64,000 bases of DNA, taken from positions 1,057,729 to 1,121,728 of the forward strand of contig JAYPPX010000001.1 of NCBI GenBank assembly GCA_038131735.1, given 5' to 3'. Position numbers and translations under genes: made by a program. This document shows, one piece after another, positions 9,468-18,853 of this stretch (positions within the stretch are counted from its first letter, which is position 1; each line of letters opens with the position of its first letter). The DNA is from Hyphomicrobiales bacterium (GTDB lineage: Bacteria > Pseudomonadota > Alphaproteobacteria > Rhizobiales > TMED25). Under the pieces are notes generated by a model that was not told the origin of the DNA, did no database searches, and saw only the letters and a program-made list of their open reading frames with translations.

Positions 9468-10604
9468 ATGGCTGAAGGAATAAAATTTAGTGCTGGAGAA
9501 AATCCTTACCTAGTTGAACATGGCGGTTTTTATAGAAGATGGATGCCTATGCTATCAGATATAAATGAACTGGTTGAAACTGTTAAAAAAATAAATACTA
9601 CCACTGAAGAATCATGGATACCAATTTGGAACGAAGTTGCAAAAGTTCATGAAGATATGGGAGATAGATTCTTAAATTCAGGGAATTTAGAAGAAGCATA
9701 TAAAGAATTCATGATTGCAAAGACCTTTTTATCCATCGCGAGATACCCTGGTGAAATTACACCGAAGAAAAAAGAAATCAGTAATGAATGTGCACGTGTG
9801 TATAGAAAAGCTTGCGAAATTCTATCTCCTAAAGTTGAGGTTGTAGAAGTTGAATGTGAAGGAAAGAAAATAGTATGTCACTTCAGATGCCCACCAAATG
9901 CAAAAAATATCCCAGCAGTATTAATCATGTGCGGCGCTGATATGTTTAAAGAAGATAGAGGGTGGGCTTCTCAACATGCAATTGACAATGGCTTAGCATC
10001 ACTTGTTATGGATGGACCAGGTACTGGTGAGAATCCCTTTCCTTGGGAACCAGAATCCGTAAAAGCCTGGATGGCAGCGATAGATTACTTAGCAAGTAGG
10101 ACTGAAGTTGATAGTAAGAAAATAGGAGCTTTTGGAATAAGTAGAGGCGGCTATTCAGTTGTACAATTAGCAGGTTCATATCCAGAAAAAGTAAAAGCTA
10201 TAGTTGCAAATGCAGGTCATCCATTTGGTTATGAGATGACACAAAAAGAATTAGAAGATTTTGTTAAGGCTCGAAATGAGCGAGCACAACATGTTTTTGG
10301 TAAGATTGGTGACCCACCATCATTCCCTCCATGGACTATAGAAAAAGAAAAAAAATTATTTGATAAATGGTCTCTTAAAAGCCTTGGTATATTGGATAAT
10401 ATCACGCAACCTATGCTAATGATCAATGGTAAAAAAGATCATCTTGCACCAATTGGGAATATATATTATATGCTTGAGAATGGTCCAGCATATGGAAGAG
10501 AGGCAAGAATTTATCCTGATGCAGGACATTGTGCATTTAAATACCAAGAACACTGGGCTAATGCATCATTTGAGTGGTTGGCTCAAAAATTATATTCTAT
10601 TTAA
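9468..10604 (+). CDS. alpha/beta-fold hydrolase (FrsA/DUF1100-like architecture)
   Basis: 378 aa. Helical N-terminal region, then nucleophile elbow GISRGG, a later D, and a C-terminal DAGHCAF histidine. Confidence 0.65.
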   Translation: MAEGIKFSAGENPYLVEHGGFYRRWMPMLSDINELVETVKKINTTTEESWIPIWNEVAKVHEDMGDRFLNSGNLEEAYKEFMIAKTFLSIARYPGEITPKKKEISNECARVYRKACEILSPKVEVVEVECEGKKIVCHFRCPPNAKNIPAVLIMCGADMFKEDRGWASQHAIDNGLASLVMDGPGTGENPFPWEPESVKAWMAAIDYLASRTEVDSKKIGAFGISRGGYSVVQLAGSYPEKVKAIVANAGHPFGYEMTQKELEDFVKARNERAQHVFGKIGDPPSFPPWTIEKEKKLFDKWSLKSLGILDNITQPMLMINGKKDHLAPIGNIYYMLENGPAYGREARIYPDAGHCAFKYQEHWANASFEWLAQKLYSI

Positions 10605-12304
10605 GATGCCGCTAATATCTTATCTGCAATTTTTTCTGCTGTCATAAGAGTAGGAAAATTCAAATTTGCGCATGGTACAATAGGGAAAATTGAAGCATCT
10701 ACAATCCTCAATCCAGAAACACCATATACCCTTCCTTGATTATCAGTGACAGCTAGTTTGTCATCTTTTGAACCCATCCTACAACTGCAAGATGCATGCC
10801 ATACCCCAACAGTAGACCGATTAATAAAATCTGCGAGCACGTCATCATCCTCCATCAAAACTGATAATTCCGGGGCATCTATAACAAACCTATTTATTAG
10901 ATATTTTCTTAGAGCATCTGGACCATCAAGTAATTTAGAAAAGATATTTGTTAAAATTTTATTTTTGATATTTACTTTCCCTACCTGCCTTACCTTATCG
11001 CCATAAACAGCAGCAAATACTTCTTTTGATATTTTTTTGAATGGAACTGATTGCTGTATTAGAACCATTTTTCTAAAACCATCCATTAACCTTTCTAGAT
11101 CACGGTTATCTGACAGAAGATTAAATTCAACTGCAGGCTCCTCATATGGGTCTTTTGATTTTATATATACCTGTCCTGTTTCAGAATAAGTCCTATTAAC
11201 AAATAAAATAAAAGCAGCTAATTGATTTCCAATACTGTGCCATGCAGTTTTTGAACAAACAGCAACATACATATCACCTTGAGGTACACCTTCAAACCCT
11301 GACGAATAACGTAAACCACATAAAAGATGTCTTCTTGTATATTCATTAATCCTAGCCTCTGGTTTGATGAAGGAGGCAATATTTATTGATGGATGATCCA
11401 TTAATCTTTGTCCAACACCTTCTCGATTAACCAAAACATCAATTCCTAAATCTTTCAACTTCATTGCTGGACCAATACCAGCTCTCATAAGTTGTGCAGG
11501 AGAATGAATTGCCCCCGAGCTCAATATAATTTCTTTTGCGTAGAACTTTTCTTCTGAAGATCCATGATTTACTGTAATTCCTTTGCACTGTTTTCCATCA
11601 AAAATTATTTCCTTGACGAATGCATTTGTAAGAATAGTTAGGTTGGATCTATTCCTAACTGATTGGCCCAAATATCCCATCGCAGCGGAAACTCTTCTTT
11701 CATATATAAAAGAACCTGTTACAGGAAAATAGCCATCTTCAAATTTACCGTTTTGGTCTTCTAAATATTTGTACCCAGCATCTTCGAAGGCAGCAGCAGA
11801 TGCTTTGGCATGGCCATTCCATATCTGAGGAAAAATCCTACTTACAGGTATATTCCCATCATTACCATGATATTGTCCTTGAAAATCTGTATCACGCTCT
11901 ACTTTTTTGAAATATGGCAACACCGCGTCCCAATCCCAACCACTGGCCCCTCTCTCTTCCCAAATACTATAATCATTAGGAGCACCTCTATTTGCCACTA
12001 ATCCATTTATTGATGACCCACCGCCGAGAACTCTGGCCTGTTCATATTTTCGTAATGGAATTGACTCATCATTATTTGTATTATGAGATTTATTTTCAGT
12101 TGTTACCTTTAAATCAGCCCAGTGAAATCTGCTATCTAAATATGCGTAACCGGGATAAGTATCGAGTATCTCATTTGGAACATTGCCTGGAGGAGTATCA
12201 GGTCCAGCTTCACATAATAATACCTTATTTTTAGAATTTGAAGACAGTCTGTTGGCTAGTACTGACCCTGCTGAACCGCCTCCTATAATTATGAAGTCAT
12301 ACAT
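10601..12304 (-). CDS. GMC-family FAD oxidoreductase (choline/alcohol dehydrogenase-like)
   Basis: 567 aa from the ATG at 12304 (the track start at 12316 is TTG). FAD fold YDFIIIGGGSAGSVLANRLS, the GGSSINGL block, and a C-terminal VWHASCSCRMG...VDASIFP signature. Confidence 0.9.
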   Translation of the reverse strand: MYDFIIIGGGSAGSVLANRLSSNSKNKVLLCEAGPDTPPGNVPNEILDTYPGYAYLDSRFHWADLKVTTENKSHNTNNDESIPLRKYEQARVLGGGSSINGLVANRGAPNDYSIWEERGASGWDWDAVLPYFKKVERDTDFQGQYHGNDGNIPVSRIFPQIWNGHAKASAAAFEDAGYKYLEDQNGKFEDGYFPVTGSFIYERRVSAAMGYLGQSVRNRSNLTILTNAFVKEIIFDGKQCKGITVNHGSSEEKFYAKEIILSSGAIHSPAQLMRAGIGPAMKLKDLGIDVLVNREGVGQRLMDHPSINIASFIKPEARINEYTRRHLLCGLRYSSGFEGVPQGDMYVAVCSKTAWHSIGNQLAAFILFVNRTYSETGQVYIKSKDPYEEPAVEFNLLSDNRDLERLMDGFRKMVLIQQSVPFKKISKEVFAAVYGDKVRQVGKVNIKNKILTNIFSKLLDGPDALRKYLINRFVIDAPELSVLMEDDDVLADFINRSTVGVWHASCSCRMGSKDDKLAVTDNQGRVYGVSGLRIVDASIFPIVPCANLNFPTLMTAEKIADKILAAS

Positions 12305-12319
12305 TATGAAATCCAATTC

Positions 12320-13054
12320 CTATTCAACTGATGGCCATATTCTCTCGGCAACAGAGGGGGAACCAGGCGCATGAACAGTATAGTTATGAATCTTATGCGT
12401 CCATTTATCATCAGTCAATCCAAGGGCTTCGTGCTTTTCTTCAAAGTTTTTTTGCCTTGCCTCCAAAGATGTAAATTCATAAAGCACGGAAAATTTTGCC
12501 CACCCAGCCGCACTTAACATTGTCCTGGCTGTTATACATCCAGAGAGCCTAGCAATTGCGGGTAAACGATGTTGAGTGTACCATGAGCAAACATCAAACT
12601 CATCATCTAATGTCTTTGTTCTAAAGCTTCCCATTTGTATGACTGGTCCAGGCGTCGTTGCTGGTGTTTTTTGTTTAGTCTCAGGACCATCAACTCTGGA
12701 TACTACTTGAAAAATACATTCCCTTGTCTCAAGTCGTTTTTTAAGTTCGGAGGCTCCTGTAATGTTTGGATCATTAATAAATTTATTTTTACCTGTAAGC
12801 GTAGCAATTGAGGCAGCTCCAATTAATTGGAGATATTGTGACCCTTGTCCAATTTCTTCTTTCGCTCTTGGCAGGTTATCCCTTATTGACTTCATCCCAC
12901 TTCCTTCTGATGCTCCTGCTTTGTAATGTGCAGCCCACAGGCAACCTGTTTGAGATTGAATCATTGGAAGGTATTCATTATGCATCCAATTAATATAGTC
13001 CAAATCCTCACCATCTTTTAGATCGTACCAAATAGCCCAAATTGCATTATCCAT
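12320..13054 (-). CDS. hypothetical protein with an internal tandem duplication (two halves of about 110 aa)
   Basis: 244 aa. The halves align (DLDYINWMHNEYLPMIQSQTGCLWAAHY vs EFDVCSWYTQHRLPAIARLSGCITARTM). Its stop lies 15 nt upstream of the GMC oxidoreductase ATG. I do not recognise the family with confidence. Confidence 0.6.
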   Translation of the reverse strand: MDNAIWAIWYDLKDGEDLDYINWMHNEYLPMIQSQTGCLWAAHYKAGASEGSGMKSIRDNLPRAKEEIGQGSQYLQLIGAASIATLTGKNKFINDPNITGASELKKRLETRECIFQVVSRVDGPETKQKTPATTPGPVIQMGSFRTKTLDDEFDVCSWYTQHRLPAIARLSGCITARTMLSAAGWAKFSVLYEFTSLEARQKNFEEKHEALGLTDDKWTHKIHNYTVHAPGSPSVAERIWPSVE

Positions 13055-13158
13055 ATTGTCTCTCTTTCATGGTGTTGATAAATGAAATCATTTGGGTTTC
13101 AATGCTAATATATTAATAGTAATATATCAAAATATTTTTAATGCTTAGGAGATTTAAT

Positions 13159-13575
13159 ATGGCTAACAACGGACAATTTCAAATGTTACATACAATGGTT
13201 AGAGTAAGAGATTTGGATAAATCAATTGATTTTTATACAAGGTTACTTGGTATGACACTTCTAAGAAAAAGAGAGGTTCCAGAAGCAAAATATACCAATG
13301 TTTTTGTTGGTTATGGACCGGAAGATACTCATGCTGTTCTTGAATTAACATACAATTGGGATCAAAAAGATAATTATGATCATGGAACTGCTTATGGTCA
13401 TATAGCCCTTGGAGTAAGAGGAATTTATGACATATGTGAAGAATTAGAAAAAAATGGAGTCAACATTCCGAGAAAACCAGGACCGGTAAAACATGGTACA
13501 ACTCACATAGCATTTATCGAAGACCCAGATGGTTACAAAATTGAAATAGTTGATCTTGACACGCGTAAAATTTAG
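13159..13575 (+). CDS. gloA: lactoylglutathione lyase (glyoxalase I)
   Basis: 138 aa from the ATG at 13159, preceded by a taggaga [35 protein letters not shown] and [13 protein letters not shown] blocks. Confidence 0.9.
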   Translation: MANNGQFQMLHTMVRVRDLDKSIDFYTRLLGMTLLRKREVPEAKYTNVFVGYGPEDTHAVLELTYNWDQKDNYDHGTAYGHIALGVRGIYDICEELEKNGVNIPRKPGPVKHGTTHIAFIEDPDGYKIEIVDLDTRKI

Positions 13576-13584
13576 CAAAAAAGA

Positions 13585-14811
13585 TTATTTTTGAGTTGGT
13601 TTTGCTGATGGTATTAATGAGGCGATAGTAAGTGTGATTAAACAGACAATTGATAAGATAATAAATATAATACTTAAACCATATTTATCAGCTATTATAC
13701 CAGCGATCATTGCAAACAAAGCTGCAGAACCAACTTGAACCATAAACAATAAGCTAATTACACTCCCCGAAGTTTCAGCTGGTGCCAAATCGAGAGCCCA
13801 CCCTTGTACCACTGGTCTCCCTGCGTAGATTGCGAAACCAATTATACCTGATAATAGGATTAGAATAAGACCATTATCTACCAATGTGTAGAGCGGTACT
13901 AATATTGCTGATATAAATAAAGCGCCAACTGCAATAATTTTACGTCCGTGTTTATCAGACATATAGCCTGCAATCGGTCCAGATATTAATCCTCCCATTT
14001 GCATTGAAAATAATGATGAACCAATTACTGCAGCACTAACGCCTTGATTGGCGACCATATAGAGCGGCATAAATACAAGTACGCCATTCTGAGTAACGGT
14101 TCTGACCCCTGCCACAAGGAAAAGCGGAATAAGTTGTATATTTTTTAATAATAATTTTAAATTTGAGAAATAATTATCATCCTTAGATTTTTTTGTGTTG
14201 TCATTCGGTTTTTCTTTATCTTTGAGAAAGAGTAAAATTATCAGCATAGTTACAAATAAAGGAATAGAGAGTAGAGCAGAAGTGGTATTCCAGGTTAGAT
14301 TAACTCCATTTATTGTGACATAAGTTAATAGGAAGGCAGCAAGTAAAGGCGATAAAGCATCCCCAATACTTGCTCCAATACTATGGACTGACAGAACAAA
14401 GCCTCTACTACCCGGGTATTGCAGTGATAAATATGTCAGTGCGGCTGGATGCCATAAACTTATACAAACCCCTATTAATGCAACACTTAAAAAGAGCATA
14501 TAGATTGTACTTGAAATACTCATCAGTAACATTGCAATACCTCCAATGAGAAGTGAATAAGCTTGAAATCGGGAGTATTTTCCATTTCCTTTTAAATCAA
14601 CTAAAGGTCCACTAAAGGCGTTTGCAGCGAAAGTTGAAAAATGGAAAACAGTCATAACTAATCCAGCTTGTGTGTACGATAAACCAAGATCTAATGTTAT
14701 ATATGGAAGAAGAATATATATTGCAGCATTTACCCAGTGGGTACCACCATGCCCTGCTGCAACTAATATTGAAGGTAGTTGAGATCTAAAAACACTTGTG
14801 ATATTTAACAT
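13585..14811 (-). CDS. MFS transporter (paralogue of 15599..16795)
   Basis: About 408 aa from the ATG at 14811 (the track start at 14841 is TTG and would overlap the aldolase). 12 hydrophobic helices. Shares the GHG.THWVN and LSYT.AG blocks with the other MFS. Confidence 0.8.
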   Translation of the reverse strand: MLNITSVFRSQLPSILVAAGHGGTHWVNAAIYILLPYITLDLGLSYTQAGLVMTVFHFSTFAANAFSGPLVDLKGNGKYSRFQAYSLLIGGIAMLLMSISSTIYMLFLSVALIGVCISLWHPAALTYLSLQYPGSRGFVLSVHSIGASIGDALSPLLAAFLLTYVTINGVNLTWNTTSALLSIPLFVTMLIILLFLKDKEKPNDNTKKSKDDNYFSNLKLLLKNIQLIPLFLVAGVRTVTQNGVLVFMPLYMVANQGVSAAVIGSSLFSMQMGGLISGPIAGYMSDKHGRKIIAVGALFISAILVPLYTLVDNGLILILLSGIIGFAIYAGRPVVQGWALDLAPAETSGSVISLLFMVQVGSAALFAMIAGIIADKYGLSIIFIILSIVCLITLTIASLIPSAKPTQK

Positions 14812-14821
14812 TTTACTTCCA

Positions 14822-15589
14822 TCAGCCTTTGAGTAAATCAACTCTATCTTTTGAAGCTGAGAGTAGGAAACCTATATCTTGCCCAGCCAAAAAGAAGTTT
14901 GCACCCATATCAATATATTTCCTTGCAACTTCAGCATCTTTAACTCCACCAGATCCTAAGAATTTATTATATTTTTTACAGGCATTTGCGACCTTCTTGT
15001 AATGTTCTACTATGATTTTATTCCCGAAATCTTGAGGACAACCGCTTGCCATAGCCAAATCATTAGTGCCAATCATAATTACATCTATACCATCTACTGA
15101 TGCAATTTCATCTATTGCATCAATTGCATTTGGTGTTTCGACCATAGCCACGAGCAAAGTTTGATTGTTAAGTTCTTTGGTTGCTTCTTTTAAATTAATA
15201 TTTTTATAGTCATATTGAACTATCCCACCACCAACACCTCTGGAGCCTTCTGGTGTAAATTTTGCAATATCAACCAATTTTTCAGCTTCCTCAGGTGTTT
15301 CTACATGTGGCAATACAATTCCCATTGCCCCATTATCTAGAATCCTTGATATCATAGAGTATCCATTTATAGGCACTCTCACAATTGGCGTAATATCAGT
15401 TTTTATAGCCATTGCTGAAATTTGAGCTACTGTTTCCGTATTCATTGCACCATGTTCTAGATCAATAAATAACCAATCAAATCCTGCTGTTTTCATTAAA
15501 GGAGCCACTTCTACTGTTCTAGATTGAACAAGCCCTACTCCAAGAGTTAGTTCACCATTTTGTAGTTTATATTTTGTATTATTAAGCAT
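14822..15589 (-). CDS. HpcH/HpaI-family 2-keto-3-deoxy/4-hydroxy-2-oxoacid aldolase
   Basis: 255 aa. FDWLFIDLEHGAM, VRVP, MVETP and IGTNDLA blocks typical of HpcH/HpaI/YfaU-type class II pyruvate aldolases. Confidence 0.85.
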   Translation of the reverse strand: MLNNTKYKLQNGELTLGVGLVQSRTVEVAPLMKTAGFDWLFIDLEHGAMNTETVAQISAMAIKTDITPIVRVPINGYSMISRILDNGAMGIVLPHVETPEEAEKLVDIAKFTPEGSRGVGGGIVQYDYKNINLKEATKELNNQTLLVAMVETPNAIDAIDEIASVDGIDVIMIGTNDLAMASGCPQDFGNKIIVEHYKKVANACKKYNKFLGSGGVKDAEVARKYIDMGANFFLAGQDIGFLLSASKDRVDLLKG

Positions 15590-15598
15590 TTTCTCTCT

Positions 15599-16795
15599 CT
15601 ATTTTTTTGGCATAAGCAATGATAAAATTAATGCAGAAATACTCGTAAAAGTTAAAAGAACAAATACCAATTTTAAACCAAAGCTATCAGCTGTTAATCC
15701 TCCAAGTAGCGGAACCGTGCCTGTCATCGCAGCCTGCGCTGTAAATAACATACTAATTGCACTACCTGATGTTTTACCTGCAGATAAATCCATTGTCCAA
15801 CTATGTATCACCGGTCTGATTGAGTATAATGAGCATCCAGCCAGAGATACAATCATTATGAAAAAATATACATTATTTATGAAAGGTAAGATAATTAATA
15901 AAAATGCCGATATTATTAATGCATATATGACTATTGGTCTTCTCCCAACTTTATCAGAAAGTGAGCCTACTATTGGTCCACCAAAAATTGCTCCAAACTG
16001 GATTGAGAATAATGAAAAACCAACTAGTGCTGGTCCAGCTTGCATTTCACCCACTAAATATAAAGGTAAAAAAACAGTAACACCATTTTGGGTCATAGAC
16101 CAAAGTCCTGCAAGCAAGCATAATTTTAGCATATTTCTATTTGCAAGAAGCCCTTTTAGTCCCTCCCAATAATTATACTTCCCAATATTATTTGGGTCTT
16201 GATTCTCATCATCTATGATCGGAGGCAAAAATTTTATTATATAAAATGCCATAATTCCAACTGGGATTGACAGTAATAGCGCTGTTTGATTCCACGTAAA
16301 ATAAACCATTATTAAACCAGCTATTGGCGGCGCTATACCGTCACCAAGGCTTGCTCCAACTGTGTGCATTGAAAGTGCCAGCCCTCTATTTTTTTTATAA
16401 ATAGCTGATAAATAAGGAATTGAGGGTGTATGCCAACCACTTACGCAAATTCCTATAAAAATTGCTGATATAGCCAAAGTAAAGGTATTGCTTGCATTTC
16501 CCATAACTAAAAGCGCAATTACACCTGATAACAAACAGAGAAATTGTGCTAATATATATTTTTTTGATATATCAATAATTGGACCGCTTATGACAGTAAT
16601 TGAAACAGCCGCCACAAAGAAAATTGAGACCATACTACCTGCAGTAGTATAGCTTAAGGATAAGTCTTGGACTATGAAAGGTAATAATACAAGAAAAATC
16701 CCATTTACCCAATGGGTAATACCGTGTCCTAAACTAACAATTCCTAATGGCTTTGTATTCTTTATTTCACGAAAATCTCGAATTACCTGATACAT
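15599..16795 (-). CDS. MFS transporter (paralogue of 13585..14811)
   Basis: 398 aa with 12 hydrophobic helices. Its ATG lies 20 nt from the tRNA 3' end. Confidence 0.8.
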   Translation of the reverse strand: MYQVIRDFREIKNTKPLGIVSLGHGITHWVNGIFLVLLPFIVQDLSLSYTTAGSMVSIFFVAAVSITVISGPIIDISKKYILAQFLCLLSGVIALLVMGNASNTFTLAISAIFIGICVSGWHTPSIPYLSAIYKKNRGLALSMHTVGASLGDGIAPPIAGLIMVYFTWNQTALLLSIPVGIMAFYIIKFLPPIIDDENQDPNNIGKYNYWEGLKGLLANRNMLKLCLLAGLWSMTQNGVTVFLPLYLVGEMQAGPALVGFSLFSIQFGAIFGGPIVGSLSDKVGRRPIVIYALIISAFLLIILPFINNVYFFIMIVSLAGCSLYSIRPVIHSWTMDLSAGKTSGSAISMLFTAQAAMTGTVPLLGGLTADSFGLKLVFVLLTFTSISALILSLLMPKK

Positions 16796-16815
16796 TTTTT
16801 GACAAAACTTAAATT

Positions 16816-16892
16816 TGGTAGCGGAGGAGGGACTTGAACCCCCGACACAAGGATTATGATTCCTCTGCTCTAACCAGCTGAGCTACTCCGCC
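16816..16892 (-). tRNA. tRNA with CAU anticodon, most likely elongator tRNA-Met (tRNA-Ile2 not excluded)
   Basis: Hand-folded 77 nt cloverleaf: GGCGGAG acceptor (G1-U72 wobble), D arm GCTCAGCTGGTTAGAGC, anticodon arm GAGGA-ATCATAA-TCCTT, T arm GGGGG-TTCAAGT-CCCTC, and an encoded ACCA. It lacks the initiator features (three G-C pairs in the anticodon stem, 1:72 mismatch). Confidence 0.9.
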
Positions 16893-16953
16893 ATAATACT
16901 TTTGGAATTATATAAACTAATACTTCATTACCCAGTTAATGTATATAATTTTA

Positions 16954-18090
16954 TTAATTTAGGATATTATTTTTATCCTTTATGATCCAGCCACCGCCTA
17001 ATACCCTTGATAAACTTTTATCAGACTCATAAAATACGCAAGCTTGCCCTGGTGATATTCCATATTCAGGATCGTTAAATTCAATTCTTGTTACACCCTC
17101 ATGCCTTTTAAATATTGCAGGAACTGGATTTGAAGTTGATCTTACTTTAACAAACATTGGAATCTCAAATTTATCAGCAGGTAGCTCGTTTGGACCAAGC
17201 CAATTAACATCTTTTAGATAAATATCTTTTGTTTGGAGATATTCTTTTGACCCAATTGTTATCTCATTTTTTACATGATCAATATCAACTACATAGTTTG
17301 GTTCCCCGCTTGCATAGCCTAACCCCCTTCTTTGTCCGATAGTATAATTTGCAATTCCATCATGTTGACCTAATACTTCTCCGCTCACACTTAAAATATT
17401 TCCCTTTGCTACAGAATTTGGATTAAGTTTATTAATTAGATTGATGTATTTACCATCCTGTACAAAGCAAATATCTTGGCTGTCGGGTTTTTCTGCATTA
17501 ATTAGCTGCAGTTCAGTTGCAATTGCTCTTGTTTGGTCTTTTGTGAGATCTCCAAGTGGAAATTTGATGAAATCTAGTTGATCCTTTTTTAGGGTAAACA
17601 TGAAGTAACTCTGGTCTTTATTTATATCTCTTGCCCTAAATAAACCTCTTTTACCATTGATTGACTTATTTGATACATAATGCCCAGTTATAAGACTTGA
17701 TGCACCAAGATCCTTTGCGGTTTGGTAGAGATCACGAAATTTAATTTTTTCATTACATCTTACACAAGGTATGGGTGTTAATCCGTTTTGGTATGAGTCA
17801 GTAAAATCATCAATAACTGCTGATCGAAATTGTTCTTCATAATCTAGTACATAATGTTTTATTCCAACCTTATCAGCTACCTTTTTTGCATCATAAATAT
17901 CTTGCCCTGCACAACAGGCACCTTTTTTCCTTGATGGATTCTGTGAACTGTATAGTTGCAAAGTTATCCCAACAACATCATAACCCTGCTTGGCACAAAC
18001 AGCTGCCGCGACGGATGAGTCAACACCACCAGACATTGCTACAACAACTCTTTTGGTTTTTGAAATATTTAATTGTGATACTTGAGACAT
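16954..18090 (-). CDS. mnmA: tRNA 2-thiouridine(34) synthase MnmA
   Basis: 378 aa. PP-loop VVVAMSGGVDSSVAA, CCAGQD, IPCVRCN, and the C-terminal GGGWI. Confidence 0.95.
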   Translation of the reverse strand: MSQVSQLNISKTKRVVVAMSGGVDSSVAAAVCAKQGYDVVGITLQLYSSQNPSRKKGACCAGQDIYDAKKVADKVGIKHYVLDYEEQFRSAVIDDFTDSYQNGLTPIPCVRCNEKIKFRDLYQTAKDLGASSLITGHYVSNKSINGKRGLFRARDINKDQSYFMFTLKKDQLDFIKFPLGDLTKDQTRAIATELQLINAEKPDSQDICFVQDGKYINLINKLNPNSVAKGNILSVSGEVLGQHDGIANYTIGQRRGLGYASGEPNYVVDIDHVKNEITIGSKEYLQTKDIYLKDVNWLGPNELPADKFEIPMFVKVRSTSNPVPAIFKRHEGVTRIEFNDPEYGISPGQACVFYESDKSLSRVLGGGWIIKDKNNILN

Positions 18091-18106
18091 TTGATTTAAT
18101 ATTTCA

Positions 18107-18592
18107 CTAATCTCGAAAATTCACAAATTGTAATGGTAAATTAAATTCTTTTTCTTTGAGCAAAGCGATTACTTCCTGCAAATCATCCCGTTTTTTTCCA
18201 TTGACGCGTAATTCTTCGCCCTGAATAGAAATTTGGACCTTGATCTTGCTGTCTTTGACAATTTTTATAATTTCTTTTGAGAGATCCCTATCAATTCCTT
18301 GTTTTAGAGCGATTGATTGCCTAACTGATTGACCTGCAGCGCTTTCAATCTTACCCATGTCTAATACTTTTGCATCAATTCCTCTCTTTGTAACTTGGAC
18401 TTTCAGCATTTCGTGTATTTGATTTAGTTTATATTCATCATCAGTTGTTATGATAATGTTATTGTCATCAACGACTATTTCCGATTTTGATGCTTTGAAG
18501 TCATACCTTTGTGTTATTTCACGCTTGAGATTTTGGATTGAATTATCGACTTCAGAGAAATCAAACTTTGATACTATATCGAATGTTGGCAT
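18107..18592 (-). CDS. yajQ: YajQ-family nucleotide-binding protein (UPF0234)
   Basis: 161 aa from the ATG at 18592 (the track start is TTG). MPTFDIVS...RYDFK...IKDSKIKVQ.SIQGEELRV.GKKRDDLQ...LQF.NFRD aligns along its whole length with E. coli YajQ as I remember it. Confidence 0.9.
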   Translation of the reverse strand: MPTFDIVSKFDFSEVDNSIQNLKREITQRYDFKASKSEIVVDDNNIIITTDDEYKLNQIHEMLKVQVTKRGIDAKVLDMGKIESAAGQSVRQSIALKQGIDRDLSKEIIKIVKDSKIKVQISIQGEELRVNGKKRDDLQEVIALLKEKEFNLPLQFVNFRD

Positions 18593-18853
18593 GTTTTTTT
18601 TACCCAATTAATTAAGTCACCTAACATATATAATAATTATTACAAATCATGCAATAATTAAAAATTGAATGTTTATGCCTCTATTATTTCATATATATAG
18701 ACCCCAAATACTCCATTTTTTGTTTATATCTTATTGTTTTATTGAAAAAATAAACAAACTTCTTGATAGCATTTGGATAAAAGTTAACATTTAATTAGAT
18801 AACTTTTAAGTGATTCGTTTTTGGCGGCAAAAAAATTTAGAGTGAGATAAAAA

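Noticed and set aside
15717-16172. 151-aa plus-strand ORF
   Set aside because: It is entirely antisense to a well-supported MFS transporter gene. Its composition is the mirror image of a hydrophobic membrane protein, and it has no SD or family resemblance.
16816-16892. Calling the CAU tRNA an initiator tRNA-fMet or tRNA-Ile2
   Set aside because: Positions 1:72 can pair (G-U), and the anticodon stem lacks the three consecutive G-C pairs of initiators. The acceptor stem has G4/G5 rather than the C4/C5 seen in E. coli tRNA-Ile2. Elongator Met is favoured, but isotype-specific models are needed to settle it.
18669-18794. 41-codon ORF (MFMPLLFHIYRPQILHFLFISYCF...) in the ctrA upstream region
   Set aside because: It has no SD, its AT-rich composition yields such ORFs by chance, and it overlaps the likely ctrA promoter. 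Kept only as a note.
18784-18798. Calling a CtrA autoregulatory box upstream of ctrA as a feature
   Set aside because: The sequence is TTAA-N7-TTAG, not the full consensus, and near-matches are abundant in DNA that is about 70% A+T. It is mentioned in a finding but not annotated as a feature.
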